A DNA stretch of 59,042 nt, filler included. It is 7 parts of 7 records of this genome, joined end to end, with 100 filler letters (N's around TTAATTAATTAA, not from the genome) between each part and the next. Parts side by side here need not be neighbours in the genome. Positions count along the whole stretch, not along the records: positions 9,190 to 15,812 come from SRR31156797_41701; positions 15,913 to 23,222 come from SRR31156797_41742; 5 more parts are not named here. One strand, given 5' to 3'. The notes beneath the pieces were generated by a model. The model was not told the DNA's origin, ran no database searches, and saw only the letters and a program-made list of their open reading frames with translations. Position 1 is the stretch's first letter. Each line of letters starts with the position of its first letter. This document shows, piece by piece, positions 10,963 to 20,466 of the stretch. Position numbers and translations under genes: made by a program.

Positions 10963-11539
10963 ATAATTTTTAGTTTTATGTATAATGTATCCGTATGGGC
11001 ACTAAAAACGTTAGATCTATTTTGTATCTGTAGATTTCCTCATTTTAACGATAAGTATAAACTTGGCGTACATGTTAAGGTTATGCACTAGTAGCTTGAA
11101 TTAAATATATGGCTTTGATAATTAAACATAGTTCTCTACTATGATTGTTCATTTCTATACATGAATTGTTCAAAGTGTAAGAGTTCTATACTCAATCAAA
11201 AGCAGAAACATATACAGTTGAAAGATACAACAGTATGATTAAGCATTTCCTGACAAGACTGAGGTGAAAGTCAAAGTGTTATAAAAAAAGTTTTGAAGTG
11301 CAAAAATCTCCATTTTGCTTTTGATGAAATATAGGAATAAAGAACTAGCTATATTTAGTTAAAAATACCAGATATTCATTCAACAAAACCAATGTCAACA
11401 GGGTTCTTAGATGTACGTTTTTATGATTATATGTTTATAATTTTCACATGATAATCTCCCTATAAAGCTCAATACATTTTCACTCAAGTCTCACCAGATT
11501 AATCAATAATGAGTCCCCATTTTTAACCGGGGAATCTTA

Positions 11540-12556
11540 ATGATAAAGGAAGCTATGCTTTACGATAAACTGGATGAAGGCAAAGTCCGGTGCAAACTTT
11601 GCAGCCACAGGTGTAGAATATCTCCTGGAAAAAGAGGTTTTTGTGCAGTAAGGAAGAACAGGGATGGAGTTCTTTACACTCTTAATTATGCAGTTGTTTC
11701 CAGTGAGGCACTGGATCCTATAGAAAAAAAGCCGCTTTTTCATTTTTATCCGGGAACTCTTGCTTATTCCCTTGGAACTATCGGATGTAATTTCAGGTGC
11801 AAGCATTGTCAGAACTGGACGATTTCCCAGATAGATATTGATGAAGCCAATGCCATTGAGATGAGCCCTGAGATGGCTGTCGAAAGGGCTGTAGCTTCAG
11901 GAGCCAGGTCCATTGCCTGGACATACAATGAACCTACCATATGGTTTGAATATACCTATGATTGTGCTAAACTGGCAAAGGAGGCCGGATTGGCAACTGC
12001 ATATATCACTAATGGATATATCACAAAGGAAGGGTTGGAGACTATAGCCCCGTACCTTGATGCTTTCAGGGTTGATATCAAGGGATTTACCGATGAGTTT
12101 TACAGGAAGATTGTCAATGCAAAATTAACTCCTGTTCTTGAGTCTGCAAAACTTGCAAAGGAGCTGGGGATGCACGTGGAAGTCGTAAACCTTATTATAC
12201 CAACTCTCAATGATTCATCTGACGAGATAAGAGAAATGTCGGTTTGGATCCGCAAGAACCTGGGTTCTGACACTCCGCTACATTTTACGCGTTTCCATCC
12301 GTATTATAAGCTACAGAATATTTCGTCCACTCCGCTGGCAACTCTAGAGAATGCATATTCCATTGCCAGGGAAGAAGGTATGAAGTATGTGTATCTGGGA
12401 AATGTTCCCGGAAATAAACATGAAAATACTTTTTGTCCGCAATGCGGTGAATTGCTTATTAAAAGGGGAATGTTCAGTACAGAGCTGAATAAGCTGACAT
12501 CTGAACACACGTGCCCGCGCTGTAGGGAGCGCATTAGTGTAATTTCCGGGCAATAG
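11540..12556 (+). CDS. amrS: AmmeMemoRadiSam system radical SAM enzyme
   Basis: CKLCSHRC...GFC, DPIEKKPLFHF, GCNFRCKHCQNW (CxxxCxxC), YNEP, C-terminal CPQC/CPRC. Confidence 0.9.
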   Translation: MIKEAMLYDKLDEGKVRCKLCSHRCRISPGKRGFCAVRKNRDGVLYTLNYAVVSSEALDPIEKKPLFHFYPGTLAYSLGTIGCNFRCKHCQNWTISQIDIDEANAIEMSPEMAVERAVASGARSIAWTYNEPTIWFEYTYDCAKLAKEAGLATAYITNGYITKEGLETIAPYLDAFRVDIKGFTDEFYRKIVNAKLTPVLESAKLAKELGMHVEVVNLIIPTLNDSSDEIREMSVWIRKNLGSDTPLHFTRFHPYYKLQNISSTPLATLENAYSIAREEGMKYVYLGNVPGNKHENTFCPQCGELLIKRGMFSTELNKLTSEHTCPRCRERISVISGQ

Positions 12557-12779
12557 GCTAAGACGCCCGGAAATTTATACTTCCATTATTATTTAAAATT
12601 TTCATATGTAACAGCTAAACGTTACGTTTAAGTACAGATTGTGCGTTTCTACCCCTCTGTTTCTACTGGAACATATACATCAAACAATATATTATAATCA
12701 TCATTATGATGAATCCTTGAAAGTGTCTGAAAAATCCCCTGAAAATGCAGTAAAGGATCAGGAAAAAGTCGATGCAATC

Positions 12780-12793
12780 AAAAGGTTTAAAAG
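12780..12793 (+). promoter_or_regulatory. Archaeal BRE/TATA promoter for the tRNA pair
   Basis: CAAAGGTTTAAAAG about 50 nt upstream of tRNA-Asn. Confidence 0.5.
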
Positions 12794-12838
12794 CAATAAC
12801 TGCATTAGATGGATTCGCGCCTAAGCGCCTTGCTGAGA

Positions 12839-12911
12839 GCCGCAATAACTCAGTTGGTAGAGTGTCTGGCTGTTAACCAGAATGTCACAGGTTCGAGCCC
12901 TGTTTGCGGCG
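12839..12911 (+). tRNA. tRNA-Asn(GTT)
   Basis: Acceptor GCCGCAA/TTGCGGC, anticodon arm TCTGG-CTGTTAA-CCAGA, T-loop GGTTCGAG; CCA not encoded. Confidence 0.95.
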
Positions 12912-12932
12912 CTTCAAAACTTTTTTCGCATT

Positions 12933-13007
12933 GGGCCTGTAGCTTAGCCAGGTTAGAGCGCTCGGCTCATAACCGAGCGGCCACCGGTTCGAATCCGGTT
13001 AGGCCCA
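12933..13007 (+). tRNA. tRNA with CAT anticodon, most likely tRNA-Ile2 (agmatidine-modified)
   Basis: Acceptor GGGCCTG/TAGGCCC, arm CTCGG-CTCATAA-CCGAG, GGTTCGAATCC. Lacks initiator features (no A1-U72, no three G-C pairs in the anticodon stem). Confidence 0.85.
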
Positions 13008-13144
13008 TTTAAAAACATTTTTTATTTATTGTTCTGACTAGCATTTTTGTAAATCATCCGATAGAGATCTACGCAATCTTTTCTGTTTTAAGCACCTTAA
13101 ATGAATATTCTCGAAAAATGAACTTTTATCAGTAATAAATCGCT

Positions 13145-13882
13145 TTAATCTGTGATATCAAGTGCATGGATTATCTTTTCAGTGTTTTTAGTGTTATGGA
13201 GTATGAGACGGACATTTCCATTTTTAAAATAGTAGAGTCTCATTTTTTCATCTATATGTGATTGGCCGGGATAGATGTCAATTCCTTTTGCTTTAGATGG
13301 AGCTGTGCTGTTCAGAGTTATATCAACAAGTTTCCCCAGACTTTCAAGGCAATTGAGAGATTGTTCAGGGTTCTTTAGTGCTTTTAATTTAATAACTGTC
13401 GTATCTATCTTTTCAGTGGTTTCTGAGAATGAAACATGATCTACAGGAATCAGGCGTCTGCAATCGCTTTTAATCCTTTTTAAAATATGATCATCGTTTT
13501 GGAAATACTCGCTTTTGATATGTTCGGCAACCTTAAAGGCATCATAGGTCCCAAGATCCTCAATGAATTCCAAAACGCTATCATAGTCTATGGAAATTTT
13601 GAGATTATTATTACTTTCTATCTGGATTATTTGATTCAGGAAGATTTCCTTGATGGTGTTTATGGGTAAACTAAGATTCACAGAATCCGTGAAAGGAAAC
13701 AGATAAAGGGACTGCCGACTGCTGGAAGGGATAATGTTTCCAAGATGGGAATTAATCTCCCTGACAGTGACTTCTGTTTCTTTCTGAGCATTGCACAATA
13801 GTTCGATCGTCTCGTTCTGCAAGGAGTAAATCATTGTTCTGTGATCGTCATTGTTTTCGGCCATCAGGCGTCCTCTTAGCAT
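13145..13882 (-). CDS. Hypothetical protein, C-terminus DUF4942-like
   Basis: 245-aa ORF (likely start MAENN) ending in RLYYFKNGNVRLIL. Confidence 0.55.
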   Translation of the reverse strand: MLRGRLMAENNDDHRTMIYSLQNETIELLCNAQKETEVTVREINSHLGNIIPSSSRQSLYLFPFTDSVNLSLPINTIKEIFLNQIIQIESNNNLKISIDYDSVLEFIEDLGTYDAFKVAEHIKSEYFQNDDHILKRIKSDCRRLIPVDHVSFSETTEKIDTTVIKLKALKNPEQSLNCLESLGKLVDITLNSTAPSKAKGIDIYPGQSHIDEKMRLYYFKNGNVRLILHNTKNTEKIIHALDITD

Positions 13883-13983
13883 TTAAATTATATATATTTT
13901 CACCGGGAAAATTAAAAGCAAGCTACTTTTTCTAAACAAGATTCTAATATACCAACATACTTTATTCTGTAAGAGGTTATTCA

Positions 13984-15812
13984 ATGGAAAGAATATACAA
14001 ATATTATCCTGAAGATTTTGGAGAATTAACTGTCAAAGTTATGCACATGGACCTTCTTTTCGATATCTTTGATGATCATACAAAGGTAACATCTGATCTG
14101 AAATTGAAAACCCTCGACAAAGCAATTAATGAACTGGAACTGAATAGCAAGAAACTTGAGATCCTGTCTTTAAGTTGCAGCGAGTATGAGATTGATCATG
14201 AATACAGGGAAAAGGACGGCATCCTGTTGATAAGGTTCGGAAAGCCGGTACCTGAGAATACCGAGCTTGTGATCAGTACTCAGACTATCTGCAGACCTAC
14301 AAATAACATACTGGAAGGTCTCTATTATGATGAAACACCTGCCGACGCTCCGCCTCAGCAGATTACCCAGTGCCAGCAATGGGGATTCCAGAGGATCGTG
14401 CCATGTATCGATGACATGACCGCAAAATGCACTTACACTACAAGCATCATTGCCGATGAGAGATATACGAATCTGATCACCAACGGTGATATCATAAAGG
14501 AAAGACATTCTCTTGGCAACGGCAGGGATATGATAGTCTATGACAACTCGGTCACACCCATGGCAACCTATCTTTTCTTCCTTGGCGTGGGAACATATGA
14601 TACATTCATAAAGGAGTTTGAATACCCGGATGGGCATACCTTTGACCTTGAACTACTGGTCCCTCCGGGCTCGGACCCTGTAATAGCTCAGAGATCCCTT
14701 GATGTTCTTTACGATTCCATTATGTGGATATATCTTTTCACAGGTCCTGAACAATATGACAAGCTTGAACTGCGTGGAAAAATCATGGATATGATAAGGG
14801 AAAGGGACCTTCTTAAAGCTGAAGACAAAAGTGCCAATGAGAAACTGGCACAGATGAGGGATAAGCTGAAAAAAGAAGTGGATTCCATACAGACGGGATA
14901 TAGGTACACAGGTACCGTCTATAGGGAGATTGGCATGCAGAACTCCAATTTCGGCGGTATGGAGAATGTAGGAAACACTACTATCAGCACCAATCGCATA
15001 ATGCCTTTCCCTCAGATGACAGACAATGCATTTGAGTATCTGATGAGGGTCAAGGTGCATGAGTTCTATCACAACCTTAATGGCTCAGAGGTAACAGGTA
15101 AAAGTCCTTTTGAGATCTGGCTTAACGAGGCTGTTACCGTTCACATTGAAAGGATGTACCATGCTTATCACTTCGGTGAGAATTACAGCCGTCTCAGTGA
15201 GGTACTTGACCTTCTGGCTCCGGGTTCCGGAACCTTCGCTCTTGACAGGGGAGCAGCATCCATGCCCATCATCCCGGATGGATTCAATGATCCTGATGAT
15301 CTCATATCTGCAGTGACCTATGTAAAGGCCCCTGAATTTGTAATGATGGTAGAGAAACTGATGGGGAAAGAGACCTTTGCAAAGGCGCTGGATGTTTACC
15401 ATTCAAGGTATAAACACTCGAACGCCTCAACCCGGGATTGGATCGGGGTGATGGAAGAGGTTTCAGGAAAGAAATTCAACGATATGGCAATGACATGGTT
15501 GAAACAAACACAGTTCCCGACGGTTCATGTAAGTTCCTCCTATGATGAAAATGCAAGGACTTACACAATGTTACTGAAACAGGAAGTCCCGGCTGGAGCT
15601 GAGTTCTGGGAGTTGCCATTCAGTGTGGCTCTTGTAGATAAGGAAGGAAATGATCTTGCTGAAATTACAGAGTCGATAAAGGGCAAGGAAAAGAAGATAG
15701 TCATCTCTGATGTGAACAGACCTGCCTTTACTTCCATGAACCGCGGATATTCTTTCTTTGGAAAAGTGATTCATACTGTGGATAAGGATGAACTGGTCCT
15801 GCAGACTAAAAT
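13984..15812 (+). CDS. M1 family aminopeptidase N, 3'-truncated
   Basis: GGMEN exopeptidase motif, HEFYH-x18-E (WLNEA) zinc motif, VTYVKA. Confidence 0.92.
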
Positions 15813-15912
15813 NNNNNNNNNNNNNNNNNNNNNNNNNNNNNNNNNNNNNNNNNNNNTTAATTAATTAANNNNNNNNNNNNNNNNNNNNNNNNNNNNNNNN
15901 NNNNNNNNNNNN
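15813..15912. other. Artificial contig spacer
   Basis: N/TTAATTAATTAA/N. Confidence 0.97.
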
Positions 15913-16410
15913 ACCCATTGAGAGGCCACCAATTGCCCGGTGTCCTTTGTCGGCAATAACACGGTAATGCGACTCAATAAAAGGAATCAGTTCCTGGAAA
16001 AAATAGTCTTCATATTTCCAATTCTCCCGGTTAAAATATCCCATAGTTCCTTCAGTTGCATTGGGGCAAACCATAATTACTTCAGCAGCCATCCCGTCGG
16101 CTGTCGACCTTGCAATAACTTCATTTACCATTGGAGTTGGTATATTGGCCCATTCCCAGTCGTTTTCGTTGGCACCATGCAACATATAAACCACAGGGTA
16201 CTTGCGAAGTGTATCGGTGCTATAACTTTTAGGAAGGTAAACTGTAAAGTTTTTATCATACTGAAGTATTTCGCTGTGGAAATATAAATGTTCTACAGGA
16301 ATTGGGAATACCCTGGTTTCGTGATTTGCAGGATCCTGTTCAAAAACCTGCTGTGCTCTCATATTCAATGAAAATACTATTATGATAACAATAAAAATTA
16401 CTTTTTTCAT
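15913..16410 (-). CDS. Secreted CE1-like esterase, 3'-truncated
   Basis: Signal peptide, VYLP..Y, YPVVYMLHG, ELIPFIE, RAIGGLSMG (GxSxG). Confidence 0.85.
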
Positions 16411-16449
16411 CTCTTTTTAAAATTTAAATATTTATGTTTAACTCAAAAA

Positions 16450-17289
16450 TTATCTTACAACTTCAAAAGAATTTTGCAATACAGATTCAATGAATGAAGT
16501 AATCTCTTTGAATCCTTTATTTTTACTAATAAATCCTATTACACAAATGTGTTCGTTTCCACTCATCCCATGAGTACGATACCTGCCATCTATTCCTTCC
16601 CGACCAAAACTGTACAAATCCATGTTGTGTTGACCTTCTTCAAATTGCCGGTGATTTTCATTGGGAGCATCATCATTGGGAGTTTTTGCCATAAAAAGAA
16701 AATCGTTTGCAGTTTCATCGCCAACCAAGAACCACTCGGGTGTAAAATCATCAAATTCTCCTTCAACAACCGGAATATGTTTTTTACCCTCGGCGGTGAT
16801 AAAAAAGTCTGATAAATCAGCACTTCCGCCTGGTATGCCTTCATATAAAAAACAATAATCGCCTTTTGACTGCAGCACTTTTATTGAAATATGTGTTGGG
16901 AAAAACCAATATTGATATTTAAAATCATTGTTCCACGATTCTAATACCACACACTCACCCTCAGTTTTGCCATCGACTATAATTGTTGTTGAATAGCTGT
17001 TTCTGCCTGCATGACCAAAATTTCCGGGACTATTTGGAAATCCGCGATATTCTCCATGAGGACCAGGTGGCAAATAGGAAGCAATCCAGTCGTTGCCTTC
17101 ATTGTCAACCAAACTTTTAAATCCTGAAACTCCGTTGTCTTTTTCAAAATAAACAGTTCCCATCTGAGTTTCAATTTTGTAACAACCAACATCTTTCCAT
17201 ATCGTTTCGGTCACATTTACCTGCGCCACAAGAACCTGATTAAAAAACAAGAGGAATACAATGGCAGTCAATATTTTTAGTCTGTTCAT
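16450..17289 (-). CDS. Secreted hypothetical protein in SusC/D locus
   Basis: 279-aa ORF with signal peptide, co-oriented with susCD. Confidence 0.7.
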   Translation of the reverse strand: MNRLKILTAIVFLLFFNQVLVAQVNVTETIWKDVGCYKIETQMGTVYFEKDNGVSGFKSLVDNEGNDWIASYLPPGPHGEYRGFPNSPGNFGHAGRNSYSTTIIVDGKTEGECVVLESWNNDFKYQYWFFPTHISIKVLQSKGDYCFLYEGIPGGSADLSDFFITAEGKKHIPVVEGEFDDFTPEWFLVGDETANDFLFMAKTPNDDAPNENHRQFEEGQHNMDLYSFGREGIDGRYRTHGMSGNEHICVIGFISKNKGFKEITSFIESVLQNSFEVVR

Positions 17290-17361
17290 ATTTATATTTT
17301 TAGTTCGAATTTATTACTATTATTCTGATTTTAAATCAGTATATTAAAACAAAACTATTTC

Positions 17362-18852
17362 TTAATAGCCAATTTCTTCTTTGTAGATTTTTTTGACAAA
17401 CACTGCCCATTGGTCTTTATCGGGTGTATTAATCTGAATGGTTTGCGACCAGCTTTTCAGGATTTCTGTTTCTACTTTCCAAAGTGATGAACGAATATGT
17501 AACCAATGCAATTCATAGGTTCCACGGTTTGGAGTTTGCAATTTCACACTCCCCTCTCCGGGAAAATAAATGGCATACTGGTATGTACTCGGCACAGTTG
17601 ATGCCAGACAAAATGCTTCGTTTGGTTCCCTTTCAAGTAAAAGATTATTCGCGGGAACATTGTTAAAAATATCTATAGAATCGGTAAACATTCTCAGGCT
17701 TTTTATTTGTGGTTCAGCAAAAACTGTATTTCCAAGCCCCATGTTTTGGCGATGAAACCTCACCGAGGCATGACCCGCAAAAATATCGCGCCAAAACCGC
17801 TCTTCACCGTCTTTGAAAGAACCCGACCAATCTTCAAAACCCGGCCCATCAGCAGTTCCACCATAAACTTTATCATTATTTATGGGTCGGATAATACCTG
17901 TTTTTTCAATCCAGTTTCGCACGTAAACTGCGGCCATATAATGCGCTTCACCATTATTGGCATTGGTATTCGAAATATCCACATAATCATACAATTCAGG
18001 ATTATTAATTGTGTTTGCAGCTTTCGACCTGTTTAAAAAGGGATGAGTCAGCTCATCCTGTTGCCTTACTCCTTCTACAGCACCATCGGTAGGATCCCAG
18101 TTGTCCCACATTTCGGTTACGAATATTTTTTTATTCTCTTTTTGAGCTTTTTCTTTAATGTAAGTTGCCCAGTATTCTCCCCATTCAGGAGCAGCATTTG
18201 TTTCGTTATCGATACAATAAAGAATATTATCGTATTTAAAACTGTATGATAAAAGTACATCCACAAATTTTTGCTGATATTTTAATACCAGTTCATCGTT
18301 GTTTAAAGCAGGAACAGTTTCAAAAAAGGGATTGATTTTCATTTGGGCATTATGGTCAATAACTTCTGTTAATCTGGTATTTCCAGCAGTGTAAGACGAA
18401 TTGTTAGCCGGATTCCAAACATTACCATTCCAACCAAAATTATAGAAATTATAAGTTGCCCACAGTTCAATCTGAGAAATTATTCCCCTATTATGAGCCA
18501 TTTTCAGGTAGAGATCAAATTTATTTTCCCAGTAATCAGGATTTGGTTTGTCCAGGTTGTATTTTCCATTTTCGAGAATAAAAGGTCGCGGGTCATCTCC
18601 ACGTCCCCCACTCATGGTTACTCTAGAATAATTACCACCTATGGAAGTTAGCCAGTCGAGTTGCAGTTTCAGTTCTTCGTCTTCCAAAAGAAAAATGGCA
18701 TTTGTTGAAGTTCCACCAATCAAAAGACTGGGTTCGCCATTATATTCCCAGTAAAAGGGATTTTCAGAATATATTTTTATTGACTGTGCAAACGAATTGG
18801 CATTGAATGCAAAAACAACAGTAAGAATATAAACAACAATTTTCTTTTGCAT
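17362..18852 (-). CDS. Secreted putative glycoside hydrolase (clan-A-like TIM barrel + C-terminal beta domain)
   Basis: Signal peptide, NPFYWEYNG, GGNYSR, IDNE (possible acid/base), C-terminal YAIYFP...LHW...W domain. Confidence 0.55.
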   Translation of the reverse strand: MQKKIVVYILTVVFAFNANSFAQSIKIYSENPFYWEYNGEPSLLIGGTSTNAIFLLEDEELKLQLDWLTSIGGNYSRVTMSGGRGDDPRPFILENGKYNLDKPNPDYWENKFDLYLKMAHNRGIISQIELWATYNFYNFGWNGNVWNPANNSSYTAGNTRLTEVIDHNAQMKINPFFETVPALNNDELVLKYQQKFVDVLLSYSFKYDNILYCIDNETNAAPEWGEYWATYIKEKAQKENKKIFVTEMWDNWDPTDGAVEGVRQQDELTHPFLNRSKAANTINNPELYDYVDISNTNANNGEAHYMAAVYVRNWIEKTGIIRPINNDKVYGGTADGPGFEDWSGSFKDGEERFWRDIFAGHASVRFHRQNMGLGNTVFAEPQIKSLRMFTDSIDIFNNVPANNLLLEREPNEAFCLASTVPSTYQYAIYFPGEGSVKLQTPNRGTYELHWLHIRSSLWKVETEILKSWSQTIQINTPDKDQWAVFVKKIYKEEIGY

Positions 18853-18923
18853 AATTCTCTTATTTGGTTAGTTAATAAGGTTTCATAAACCCACCAAAAC
18901 TGATGGGTTTATGAATTTACCGA

Positions 18924-20456
18924 TTAATTATAATTTGGATTCTGAACCAGTTCAGTGTTATAAGTTTCAGTAATTGGAATAGGAATAATTTCATGAGTTC
19001 CTGATGTAAAACCTTTAAATCCCAATACTGTTGGAGCATCACCCCAACGCACCAAATCGAACCAGCGTGCACCTTCAAATGCCAATTCGTATTTACGTTC
19101 TTTTTTGATATTTTCCATGGTAGCTTCCACCGGAGGCAATCCAACCCTATTGCGGACAGCATTTAAATAAGACGCTGCTTTGTTCAAATCACCACCGCTT
19201 CTAACCAGTGCTTCTGCTTCCAGCAGGTAAGTATCTGCCAAACGAATAACAGGTTGGTTATGTGGAAATCTCAGGCCATACCAACCACCTGAGGTAGTCT
19301 GAAACTCAGTGGTGGCAGCCCATTTTTCAATAAAATAACCCGTATTTTGGTATCCCGGAGTATAGCTTGCGCCCGGAATTGAAGCAACAAGGTCATCAAC
19401 ATTAAAAATACAGTATTCGTATCTTGGATCACCTTTCATATCTTCAGCAAACGCTACTTCAACAGGTGTTGCTCCCCAGCCACCGGCATATTTTGTACCG
19501 GCACCGGCATCGCTAAAACCTCTTGGTCCTGAAGAAACTACCCACATGTTTCCATACATTCCGGTAACTTCGTTCCAGAAACTACTTACATCCTGATTGG
19601 TATGTACAATATCGAAGATGCTTTCGCTGTGAAATTTATTGTTAGGGCTAAATACATCGGGGTAATTTTGCTGCAGTGCATAGCCGTAAATATTATCTGG
19701 TTTATTCACTTCTTCAAACAAAGAAATAACTTCACCCAATCTTGAATCATCATTCTGATATAAAATTGCTTTAGCCAAAAATGCTTTGCAGGCTCCTTGT
19801 GTTGCCCTTCCTCCTTCTGTTTCGGCCGGAACAGTTACAGGCAAATCGAGCATTGCTTCGGTTAAATCTTTTTCAATTTGTGCCCAAACCAGAGCAGGAT
19901 CAGCCTGTGTTTGACTCCAGGCATCTTCCAGACTTACCGGTTCAAGGTAAAATACTATATTCTTAAAGAGAGTAACTAATTCGAAATAATAAAAAGCACG
20001 TAAGAATTTTGCTTCGGCAATGTACCTGGCTTTTGTATCATCATCTAAATCAGGGATTTCTTCGGCAATTTTAGCCAGAAAAATATTTGCCCTTGCCACA
20101 CCCAGGTAATTTTTATACCAGAATGCACGAGAAGGCCCCTGACTAGCAGTCAATGAAAAGTTATCCCAGCGCCAAATAAAATCAAAGTCGCCTTCACCAC
20201 CACCGCCACCAAGACATTCGTCAGCAGCACCAGCAGTACTCATAGGTAAAATACTCCAATCGTTGGCATGCCATGTTAAAGTAATCGGGCTGTAAACTGC
20301 CACCAGTGCCGACCAAATCTGATCTGCAGTTTTAAAATAACTGATTTCAAGAGCCCTTCCTTTTGGTTCAACTTCCAAAAACTCTTCAGTACACGAATTA
20401 AAGCCGATAACTGCCAAAAGGGTAAATACAATATATTTTGATATTTTCTTTTTCAT
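18924..20456 (-). CDS. RagB/SusD-family lipoprotein
   Basis: Lipobox FNSC, EAKFLRAFYYF, IRLADTYLLEAEA, ERKYELAFEG.RWFDLVRW, QNPNY. Confidence 0.93.
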   Translation of the reverse strand: MKKKISKYIVFTLLAVIGFNSCTEEFLEVEPKGRALEISYFKTADQIWSALVAVYSPITLTWHANDWSILPMSTAGAADECLGGGGGEGDFDFIWRWDNFSLTASQGPSRAFWYKNYLGVARANIFLAKIAEEIPDLDDDTKARYIAEAKFLRAFYYFELVTLFKNIVFYLEPVSLEDAWSQTQADPALVWAQIEKDLTEAMLDLPVTVPAETEGGRATQGACKAFLAKAILYQNDDSRLGEVISLFEEVNKPDNIYGYALQQNYPDVFSPNNKFHSESIFDIVHTNQDVSSFWNEVTGMYGNMWVVSSGPRGFSDAGAGTKYAGGWGATPVEVAFAEDMKGDPRYEYCIFNVDDLVASIPGASYTPGYQNTGYFIEKWAATTEFQTTSGGWYGLRFPHNQPVIRLADTYLLEAEALVRSGGDLNKAASYLNAVRNRVGLPPVEATMENIKKERKYELAFEGARWFDLVRWGDAPTVLGFKGFTSGTHEIIPIPITETYNTELVQNPNYN

Positions 20457-20466
20457 TGTTTATAAT

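Noticed and set aside
11230-11395. Possible further IS5 end (TTCAACAAAACC) and transposase tail
   Set aside because: Too short and degenerate to support without a search.
12809-13012. 67-aa ORF
   Set aside because: Spurious translation across the two tRNA genes.
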